Source: Octopus sinensis
Taxonomy: Eukaryota
NCBI RefSeq assembly: GCF_006345805.1
Contig: NW_021829643.1
Coordinates: 1-33,205, forward strand
Reading direction: 5' to 3'
Length of the DNA: 33,205 nucleotides
Shown here: piece after piece, positions 23,290 through 33,205 of the stretch
Position numbering within the stretch: position 1 is the stretch's first letter
How the letters are laid out: every line of letters begins with the position of its first letter
Program-made: the position numbers and the translations under genes
Notes under the pieces: generated by a model
Database searches by the model: none
What the model was told of the DNA's origin: nothing
Seen by the model: only the letters and a program-made list of their open reading frames with translations

Positions 23290-24750
23290 TAGTTGGTGAA
23301 AGGAAAAATAACTAACATTCAACGCCATCTGGGCACCACCACAAAACTACCAGAAAAGATACGTTCTACGGTATAATCAACATATAGCACAGCTGTAACC
23401 TGTGTCGTAAAACTTTTCTTGTAATACCAAAAATTCTTCAAACCATCCAACATAAACAATATTAAGGTGAGTTACATCTGTAAAAACACGTCATCCAAAT
23501 GTAACATAAAAAGAGTAAATCGACGATGGAGATATTGAAGGTGTACAGATATTGAGGAACGGAACAGAGTCCTGCGTTTCATGCATCACAGAGAAACACT
23601 ACATCATCCGGTAGCATAGTCGAAACTTAACCAGAAAGGCCGAACTAACTTTTTATTGCCAACATATACCATAATACTTCGTTGATAATTTCAGAGATGT
23701 TACCCAACTATCTGAGGACAATCAACGTTCTATACCTCCCAAAGTAATACTATCACTTTCCAACCCATTAATGAATGCGTACAGATCGAAATTGTGTTCC
23801 GTGTGTGTGTGTGCGTGTGTGTGTGGTGTGTGTGGTGTGTGTGTGTTGTGTGTGTGTGTATGAAAGAAAGAAAGCGTTAGAGAGGACGAAGAAGAAAGAC
23901 AGAAGGAAAGAAGGTAAAAAGAAAGAAAGAGTGGCGTTAGAATATAACCATTCGATTAATATCTATTTTTAAGTTGTATTTTGCATGAATTATCGCCCAA
24001 AATAGATTGTGGCCTCCTATACTAGAATAGCGTGTGATTCTGGTCAATATTAATAGAATATATTGAATTTTTTCTATAAATTTCTTTGCCTCGAATGAGT
24101 TTAATAATTTCAGTCAACCAAATATTTCAATTTTGCTTGAACGAGCCAATGCGACAACCTCTACATTGTCTCTCCAGCTGATAGAAACAGCAAGCGATTA
24201 TGCTTCAAATCGCCCCCCACCATTTTACAAAAGAGGAAAGATAGATATATCGGCTAATGTAATCATGGGTATTGTACGAATAAAATAAAATATAATTTAA
24301 CTGCAGAATAAAGTCATGTAAAGTGTCTGCTAATGAATTCCTCTGTTGATTCGAGTTATCTTTGTAAAACCACAAGACAACACACACACAGATGAATAAT
24401 TGCTATCATCTATCGTCCTTCACTCTCTAAAAGTCCCATATCTACTAAGAACATTCTGGAAAATGAGTTTCAGACGCCATTTGTTGAATTGAAGTTACAG
24501 CTCCGACCACTGTTAAATATACTGTATTAAATAGGAATTTCGTTGAAGTACTTAGAAATAATAGTAGGCAAACCCAGATGTTTCTTTTGATTTAAAATCC
24601 TGTCCTCATTCATATTATCCTTCATTTCATTAGAATCATTGCTATATGTACCAGTTCTAAGACGGAATTAATCGAACGCACTCACTCGTTTGCCAAAATT
24701 TGTCTTCAGTCTCATCCAAGGCAATCTTTATCGCATATTACTTATGAGCG

Positions 24751-24974
24751 TAAGGCGGCGAGCTGGCAAGGTCGTTATCGCGTCCGAACAGAATACTTAG
24801 CGGCACTTCGCCCGTCTTTACGTTCTGAGTTCAAATTCCGCCGATGTCGACTTTGCCTTTCATACTTTCAAGGTCGATAAAATAGGTACCACTAGATTAC
24901 TGGGGTCGATCTAAACGATTTACACTCCTCCCACTGAAACTGATGGCTTTGTACCAATATTTGAAATCAATATT
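24751..24974 (+). mobile_element. SINE-B, alternative tail
   Basis: TAAGGCGGCGAGCTGGC head and central domain; tail ...GGCTTTGTACCAATATTTGAAATC. Confidence 0.85.
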
Positions 24975-25169
24975 ATATACGAACGTTATTAGAATGCTAT
25001 AAATGAATTGTGACTTCAAATTTCAAAGAAATTTAAACATGATATATAATCGATCGTGATTAAAATACTGCCAAGCTTTCTGTTCGACGTTCCATCGATT
25101 CTTCTATTCTATAACGACTGTTGACGATATATAGTAATAGTACAAGATACTACTTCCAGGGAGGGTTGC

Positions 25170-25468
25170 TGAAACCCTCTTCAGTTATGACTGACCATGG
25201 GATTGCACCTACAAAGTTACCCTCCCAGGCACAAGTCCGGGCAAGGTTGTTTATGGAAGACCAGCATTCGCCCATGCATACCGGCCTCCAGGGGAAAGGC
25301 AAAGGCCGATACAGCCGTCGCAACTCGTTTCTACAGCTGAGTGAATTGGAGCAACGTGAAATAAAGTGTCTTGCTCAAGAACACAACACGCAGCCCGGCC
25401 CGGGATTCGAACTCACGACTTCACGATCGTAAGCTCGACGCTCTAACCACTGAGCCATGTGCCTTCAC
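25170..25468 (-). mobile_element. SINE-D: tRNA-Arg(ACG)-like head plus CORE-like domain (possibly octopus OR2)
   Basis: Minus strand GGCACATGGCTCAGTGGTTAGAGCG...CTTACGAT...GAGTTCGAATCCC, then GTGTTCTTGAGCAAGACACTT...CACTCAGCTGTAGAAA; the OR2 name is from memory. Confidence 0.8.
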
Positions 25469-25594
25469 ATAGGAAGGGTTACAGTCGATTAAATCGACAC
25501 CAATTCTAGACTAAAACAATACTTATTTAATCGGCTCTATGCTGCAAATACATTGCTGGATACTCTTGTGATTCCATTAATCTAAGATATTGAT

Positions 25595-25817
25595 AATATT
25601 TTGGTTTCAAATTTTGGCACAAAGCCAGCAATTTTGGGGATGTGGGTAAGTCGATTACATAGACTCCAGTGCTCAACTACTGCTTATTTTATCGACCTCC
25701 GAAAGGTTGAAAAGCAAAGTCGACTTCGGCAGAATTTCAGCACAGGATTAAAGATGGACGAAATGCCGCTAAGCATTTTAACCGGTGCTGAAACAATTCT
25801 GTCAGTTCGCTGCCTTA
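25595..25817 (-). mobile_element. SINE-B, alternative tail
   Basis: Reverse complement of the family consensus; tail AATTGCTGGCTTTGTGCCAAAATTTGAAACC. Confidence 0.85.
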
Positions 25818-26055
25818 GATCATAAAAATATAGTAGCCATAAATATACGTAGAGGTAACATTTAAACATTGTAAACTGTTCAAATGTAGATACTTCAAAG
25901 CGACTAGTTTCATATAATATAAAGATTAAACTTCGTTGTGGGTGAGATTAAAATAAAATATTAGGTTCTATTCAATCGACAATATTCCCACTCTTTCCTT
26001 TTACAATTGGCGCTATGCCCTGCTAAAAATATAGCCATTGTTATGATTATCAGTT

Positions 26056-26574
26056 TAAGGCGGCGAGCTGGTAGAATTATTAGCACGCCGGGCAAAATGC
26101 TTTGCGGCATTTCAAATTCCACCGAGGTCGACTTTGCTTTTCATTCCTTCGGGGTCAATAAAATAAGTACCAGTTGAGTACTGAAGTCGATGTAATCGAC
26201 TTAAACCCCACCTCGCGAAAATTGCTGGCCTTGTCCCAAAATTGAGCTCACCTTTGCCTTTCATCATTTCGAGGTTGATAAAATACAATACCAGTCATGC
26301 ACTGGTATCGACAAATCCTTTTCCTTCAAAATTGCTTGACTTATACCAAAATCAGAAACCATTTAGGCTGCGAGATGGATGAATGGTTAAAATGTCAGAA
26401 AAAATAACTTGCAATATTTGTTCTGGCACTTTACGTCCTCAGTTCAAATCCAGCCGAAATCAACACTGCCTGTCATTGAGGGAGCGATAAAGTACCAAGT
26501 TAAATACTGGAACCAGTTTTGTCGACTAAATTCCTCATCTAAAAACTGCTGGTATTGTGTCTAAATTAGAAATC
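26056..26574 (+). mobile_element. Cluster of three SINE-B-like units (about 26056-26243, 26244-26363 headless, 26364-26574 old)
   Basis: Repeated central domain and GGCCTTGTCCCAAAATT-type tails. Confidence 0.75.
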
Positions 26575-27040
26575 CTTAAAATGGATGCGGAGTATTTTTC
26601 AGATATCCTCAAGAAGAAGGAGTTGTGTCTCTGGCACAAAACCAACTAGACCCAAAATCTGTTAACTACTTTGTTTTATAACAAGGAAACGTTTGCAGGG
26701 AGAATCGAAGTTACACTGCCTTCGTTTAAAGTTTGGATACGTTAACCGCAGGTGTAAAATATTCAAGATATCTGGAAGATGTCTTATAATGTCTGAAAGA
26801 AGCTTTAGATCTCCAAGATCAAATAGAAGATAAGCAAATAAAGAGACGTTTAAAGCAATATTACAGAATTTTAAGAGATTTCAGATGTTTAATGATTGAT
26901 AATCTATCATAGATGTTCAAAGGAGACAGAAGACAAACTTCATAAAAAAATATTTGAACTCGTGATATTTTTAAGAGTTTCTACTCGCCATAAACATCAT
27001 CACAATGTCTATATATGTCGAAAGGTGGATGTAAAGTGAT

Positions 27041-27205
27041 GGCGAAAGTTGCGAAGTCGTTAGAGCGTTGGAAAAATTGCATCTCAGTTTTCATATCCGC
27101 TCTGAGTTCAGATCCTCTCTTGGTCAACTTTGGTTTTCATTCTTTCAGAGCTCAACAAATAAAGTACCAGTCCAGAGCGATGGATTAGCGAATTTGTCAG
27201 AGTCT
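27041..27205 (+). mobile_element. SINE-B-like, very old copy
   Basis: CTCTGAGTTCAGATCC...GGTCAACTTTGGTTTTCATTCTTTC...AAAGTACCAG. Confidence 0.55.
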
Positions 27206-27895
27206 GCGCTGGCTTCTTGCGCTCTGATGGCAATGTCTGCAGTGACATTTCTTGCATAGGTTTTTGTTTCACCTTTGGAGTACAACTGTAGTGTGCAGAG
27301 ATAGACTTGAATGTATGAGCAGCTGCTCGTCGTCCTTTAAAAACAGGCCTGTCTCATCCCTGTGCGTAAGAGAGAAACATTCCTGGTTGTGATCCATGGT
27401 CTCACCACACATACAAATGTATTGATATGCGTATATACAAAAGTATAATACAAAAATATAGAACGAAGGAGTAAACTTTTTTTTTCACGTGGTCAAGAAA
27501 GACAGCTCATAACCCTTTTCAGAATTTCTGACACACGTAGAAGTGAGATAGGAATCCTTAGACAAAAGACCGGACAAGAATTCTTACATCATAGTAGACT
27601 CCACTTCCACCAGCAAAGGGCCGAGTGACATTGTTAAATCATGTGGCGTTCTAAACGTAGAATCCAAATAGAGGACTAAAGAGTCTAGGGAAGATTTGAT
27701 CTCGGAATGTTGAACTAAATTTTAAAAGTAGTTTAACTCACTGCTTTACTAGTTGTACCACTCAACTACACAAAAACAAATACCAAATTAACGAACCAGC
27801 GAAGGAGTCTGTATGTGTTCATTTTACTTGCAGGAAATAATAGGCAATTCTTTCTCAAATAGCATTCCGCCGTCTTAAATAATGACAAGAGATAA

Positions 27896-28284
27896 TGGAT
27901 GGAAGCACTCCGACGGTTACGACGATGAGGGTTCCGGTTGATCCGAATCAACTGAACAGCCTGCTCGTGAAATTAACGTGTAAGTGGCTGAGCACTCCAC
28001 AGACACGTGTACCCTTAACGTAGTTCTCGGGGATATTCAGCGTGACACAGAGAGTGACAAGGCCGGCCCTTTGAAATACAGGTACAACAGAAACAGGAAG
28101 AAAGAGTGAGAGAAAGTTGTGGTGAAAGAGTACAGCAGGGATCACCACCATCCCTGCCGGAGCCTCGTGGAGCTTTTAGGTGTTTTCGCTCAATAAACAC
28201 TCACAATGCCCGGTCTGGGAATCGAAACCGCGATCCTATGACCGCGAGTCCGCTGCCCTAACCACTGGGCCATTGCGCCTCCAC
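27896..28284 (-). mobile_element. SINE-C1, full length (tRNA-Arg-like head; possibly octopus OR1-type)
   Basis: Minus strand GGAGGCGCAATGGCCCAGTGGTTAGGGCAGCGGACTCGCGGTC...GGTTTCGATTCCC; body matches 1-271; the family name is from memory. Confidence 0.9.
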
Positions 28285-28977
28285 GAAAAGGGATAATATA
28301 TTGGATAAGGCACACATAGATGAGAGGGTCACGACTGAAATGCTTTTCATCATAGTTCTTTGTTCGATCAGGGATGATCTAGGACGGGAAGCAGTAACAG
28401 CGACATTAACATCAAGAAGATCAAACTCTTAATCTCTACGTACACATAACTGAAAAAAATAAGTTGTTTCTGTTTTTATTAAAATTTTTCTGGTAACTAC
28501 TGCCGGAAAACAAATTGTACTGATTCTGCAATACTGTCATTTAGTTTCACTAATATTAATAATGTGACTGAAGAATGGCGTGAGCATCACTCAGTCTAAT
28601 GTCGGCCAACTGTAATTTCTTCTATAGTCTTGTCTTAGAAACAAATCAATATTCTTTCACTTAGATACATGTGTTCATAGTTCTCTGTTTATCAGCCGAC
28701 AGTCTGACGTTCTTCGCCATCTATGTTTATCTATGGATGTCTGTACTGCAATAATTTAGATTCTTCCATTCTCACATACTCGCAGAAACATATACACATG
28801 CAGCATAAAGGTATACATAAACACACATTCACATATAAGCACGTTTATTCATACAAACAAAAACACTCTCACTCGTATTTAATTTCATATATAAGCACAC
28901 ACATATACACATACTAATGCATAAGCGTACTGGCAAAAAAGTAAATTTATATATATACACAAATACATCCAGAAAAC

Positions 28978-29555
28978 CATTCTTTTCTACTCTAGGCACA
29001 AGGCCCGAAATTCTTGTTGGAGTGAGGAAGCCAGTCGATTAGATCGACTCCAGTATACAACTGCTACATAATTTATCGACTCCGAAAGGATGAAAGGCAA
29101 AGCCAAACTCGTAGGAATTTGAACTCAGAACATAAAGACAGACGAAATACCTATTTCTTAACTACCCAGAAAGGGCTACACACAGAGGGGACAAACAAGG
29201 ACAGACAAACGGATTAAGTCGATTATATCGACCTCAGTGCGTAACTGGTACTTAATTTATTGACCCCGAAAGGATGAAAGGCAAAGTCAAACTCGTAGGA
29301 ATTTGAACTCAGAACACAAAGACAGACGAAATACCTATTTCTTAACTACCCACAAGGGGCTACACACAGAGGGGCAAACAAGGACAGACAAACGGATTAA
29401 GTCGATTATATCGACCTCAGTGCGTAGCTGGTACTTATTTAATCGACTCCGAAAGGATGAAAGGCAAAGTTGACCTCCGCGGAACGTAGCGGTAGACGAA
29501 ATACCGCTAAGCATTTCGTCCGGTGTACTAACGTTTCTGCCAGCTCGCCGCCTTA
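28978..29555 (-). mobile_element. SINE-B with internal 184-bp tandem reiteration (one head, three bodies)
   Basis: GACGAAATACCTATTTCTTAACTACCC recurs at 29141 and 29325. Confidence 0.9.
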
Positions 29556-29794
29556 TACATCCAGTGAACCACTGAGAAATACATCACGTGGTCGCTCAAC
29601 CTACAAGAAATAGCAGCCAAACCTCCCGAAAATCATTGGATAATGTAGTACGAAATATATTGTGTACTCTCACTACCAGAAAAGGTGTTGTGATCGCGAA
29701 TAGATTACAATACCTTTGATTATAACTCTGCTCAAACAGCGCAGACCTGTGGTTAAATAACAACAAAAAGAACAACGCTAGTAGACAGTCGCTC

Positions 29795-29989
29795 ACACTC
29801 ACATACATACACGCACACACACATACACATGCATAATCACCCACATGCACACACACACAGACACACACACACGCACACACGCACACACATATACATCCAT
29901 ACACACACGCACACACACGCACACAAAATACACACACGTACATACATACACACACAGGCAAACACATACACACACAGATACACACAGGC

Positions 29990-30020
<31 letters not shown>

Positions 30021-30238
30021 TACATGCACGCACATGCACACGCACCCGAACATACGCACACATACACACACGCACGCACGCACACATATATACATACACA
30101 TGCACACACATACACACACAGACATACACACACAAATACACAAACATACACTCATACAGGCACGCCCATACACGCACAAACATATTCCCACACACACATG
30201 CGCGCACACACACACGCAGACACACACAAACACACACG

Positions 30239-30269
<31 letters not shown>

Positions 30270-30290
30270 CACACACACACACGGCACTAC
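29795..30290. repeat. Degenerate (CA)n/(CACG)/(CATA) low-complexity tract
   Basis: Direct reading; source of the HT/CV ORFs. Confidence 0.95.
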
Positions 30291-30420
30291 ATACAAGCGC
30301 ATTCAATTCCTTGCTCAGGGAATTGTTACCCCTTTTCTCTTTCGCATCACATATCCTTCATCTCTAATCTTCTCCCTGTTTCTGTCTTCGTGTCTGTATT
30401 TCCCTGACACACACCCTTTC

Positions 30421-30456
<36 letters not shown>

Positions 30457-30669
30457 ACATATTCTTCTTTTTTGCCCCTCTCACTCGCACTCTCTCCTTC
30501 GTACCTCTTCCTCCCTTTCGCACCTCCTCCTCTCTTTCGCACCTCCTCCTCTCTTTAACTGAACGGTCAAATTGTATTTGTACGTTTCGCTACATTTTTA
30601 CTGCCAAACCCAAATGGCTATTGACTTTTCGTTCATTAGTTTTACAAAGATTACATTTCCAGTGCAACA

Positions 30670-30764
30670 CAACCACCAAAACCAGCAGCAGCAGCAGCAC
30701 CAGCAGCAGTAGCACCACCACCACCACCACCACCACCACCACCACCACCAACACCACCACCACC

Positions 30765-30809
<45 letters not shown>

Positions 30810-30830
30810 AATAACTACCCACCCACCACC
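30670..30830. repeat. Compound trinucleotide array (CAG)n-(CAC)n-(CAA)n
   Basis: Direct reading. Confidence 0.95.
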
Positions 30831-31000
30831 ACCAGAGATAAACAACAAGAAAAATAGATTCAATATAAATAACATAAACTACAGTAATACAATAATGTAC
30901 TAACACAATAATATAATACAACTACAAGATACCACACACACACACAACACACGCACACATAATATATACATATATATGTATAAGTATGTATACACACACA

Positions 31001-31057
<57 letters not shown>

Positions 31058-31368
31058 TTATATATATATAATATATATGTATGTATTGCGTTATATCGGC
31101 TTAGCGTAAAACTCAGCTCGAGGGAATATCGATTTTTTAAAATTAGGAATGAAACATCGAGTTTATAAAGAAGATATAAGAAAAGTATACAGCAAGGGAT
31201 TTGGTGGCAATAAGGCCTTATGACTTGATCTTATCTACCCTTCACCGCAAAGAACTGGGTAACAGCCACAAGGGGGACTTTGTACATAATGATGATATAT
31301 TGAACTACAGGAGACGTCTGTGTGCTTGCTTAATTTGCTTCACATAGCAGCTAAGTCTTACTCTTCTC

Positions 31369-31450
31369 GGCTGTGTTGTTAAGGAACTCGCTTTGCAATG
31401 CCTTGTGAGTGGATTTGATAGACGGACACTGTGGAAGCACATGGTATATT
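31369..31450 (+). mobile_element. SINE-A-like head, internally deleted and old
   Basis: GGCTGTGTTGTTAAG...GCCTTGTGAGTGGATTTGATAGACGGACACTG. Confidence 0.65.
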
Positions 31451-31460
31451 TATGTATATA

Positions 31461-31689
31461 TTTCTTTATTGCCCTCAAGGAGCTAAACATAGAAGGGATA
31501 ATCAAGGACAGACAAACGGATTAAGTCGGTTACATCGACCCCAGTGCGTAACTGGTACTTTATTTATCGACCCCGAAAGAATGAAAGGCAAAGTCGACCT
31601 CGGCGGAATTTGAACTCAGAACGTAGCGGTAGACGAAATACCGCTAAGCATTTCGCCCGCCGCGCTAACGTTTCTGCCAGCTCGCCTTA
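31461..31689 (-). mobile_element. SINE-B, full length, Tx1-like tail
   Basis: Reverse complement of 5104-5330; tail ends CAATAAAGAAA; (TA)n on both sides. Confidence 0.9.
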
Positions 31690-31798
31690 TATATATATAA
31701 GGCGAGCTGTGAAGATGGTGCAATCACCATGCATGTATGTATGTATGTATGTATGTATGTATTATGTATGTATGTATGTATGTATGTATGTATGTATG

Positions 31799-31832
<34 letters not shown>

Positions 31833-31875
31833 TGTTTGTATGTATGTATGTATGTATGTATGTATGTATGTATGT

Positions 31876-32140
31876 ACCCTGCCTATGTCTGTGTACACCT
31901 TTGAATGTAGTGTATGCCAGAAGGTTTGCAAATCCAATGGAGGCATCAAGAGACATTTTAAGATCCTCAAAGAGCAGAACTCATCTGCAGCTCTTGGTGA
32001 TCCAAATCGGAGTTGCAATCTATGTGGGTGTCTTTACAAAAGATTGTCTGGTTTTAAAAAGCCACATTAGATGCCATGATGGTTCTAAGGTGTACGTACA
32101 GGAGGTGGTCAAACTCTGCATAAAGAGTAGACAACCACCA
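31876..32140 (+). mobile_element. Degenerate two-C2H2-finger fragment, probably the 3' end of an RTE-like LINE
   Basis: FECSVCQKVCKSNGGIKRHF and CNLCGCLYKRLSG|LKSHIRCH (1-nt frameshift near 32053); embedded in (TATG)n/(TGTC)n. Confidence 0.55.
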
Positions 32141-32258
32141 TGTCTGTCTGTCTGTCTGGTTGGCTGTATGTATGTATATGTGTGTGTGTGTATGTATGTA
32201 TGTATGTACATGTATGAACGTATGTGTATGTATGTGCGTGAAGGTATGTATGTATGTT

Positions 32259-32290
<32 letters not shown>

Positions 32291-33205
32291 TGTATGTATG
32301 TATGTATGTATGTATGTATGTGTCTGTACGTGTGTATTTATAGACAGAGGTCAAGCGTACATAGTGATATAGCAACATGCAATCAGTCAAATGAGTAAAA
32401 GAGAGAGAGAATATATGCGTCAATATGTATATATATGCATACATATATATGTATATATACATATACACTCACTGAAATATTAATATATATATATATATAT
32501 GTATGTGTGTCAGCGTGTGTGATCGAGAGAGGGAGAGAGAGAAAGAGAGAAAGAGAGACAGAGAGAGGGAGAGAAAGAAAGAAAGAAAGAGAAAAAGAAG
32601 GAGAGAATGTAAAGTGAGAGAGTAATGGCTGGGTTTTGGGAATCACTGTTTAAATCTTTGTATGCACCGTGTCAGTGTGCATAGAAATTCATAGGCAGAT
32701 AGATGGCTGGATCGAAGTAAGCTCAATGCATAAATTATGTGTATTATTTGTTACAGCCCACATTCAACTCTAGCTGGAACAATGAATATATATGGTCAAA
32801 TTTTGTAAGGCAAGTTATTATAATAAATAAATATGAAATACACCCATACACACTTACGAACGTTTTTTTTATAAATGGCGGCATCAAAATTCGTGCATAC
32901 ATACACCTTACGCACATATACAGAGATACATTGTAAACGCATATAATTACGTGTGTGAGCGTACATATGCTTTGTGTGTGTGTGTGCGTATGTGCGTGGG
33001 CGCGTGCGTGTGTGCGTTATTCTGGTTGTTTTTTTTAAAATTTTCTCAATATATCTATATATATAGTTAATTTTGTATATATGCATGTATGTACGAATGT
33101 ATTTATGTAATTATGGATGACTGAGTGAGTGCGCATGTGCATAAATATTTTATATACATACACACACTCATATACATATGTGTATTATATACGTAGTATA
33201 TAATA

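Noticed and set aside
23300-23520. NNIKVSYIC peptide reminiscent of the Penelope KVSYSC motif
   Set aside because: A single short motif; flanking motifs could not be recovered convincingly.

Overview
Eukaryotic, AT-rich, repeat-saturated DNA with no supportable host protein-coding gene. The repeat families (several tRNA-derived SINEs and dense compound microsatellites) look like those of Octopus or another coleoid cephalopod; this is recognition from memory, not a database result. Almost every ORF in the track is a microsatellite or SINE artefact. The one clearly protein-like long reading frame (13523-15460, +) is the reverse-transcriptase part of ORF2 of a 5'-truncated, internally deleted Tx1/L1-clade LINE. 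A second, shorter copy of this LINE lies opposite it (16257-16703, -). Both copies sit inside (TATC)n arrays on both sides, which suggests microsatellite-specific targeting. The LINE's last 42 nt match the 3' tail of an abundant local SINE (36/42 ungapped), which suggests a Tx1-LINE/SINE partnership. Also present: Penelope-like, Tc1/mariner and R4/Dong-like remnants; a non-autonomous Helitron; a degenerate Penelope-type hammerhead ribozyme; a 197-bp inverted repeat pair; a ~1.28-kb tandem duplication that may be an assembly artefact; and modular SINEs with swapped tails. SINE-A/B/C/D are my local labels, not official names.
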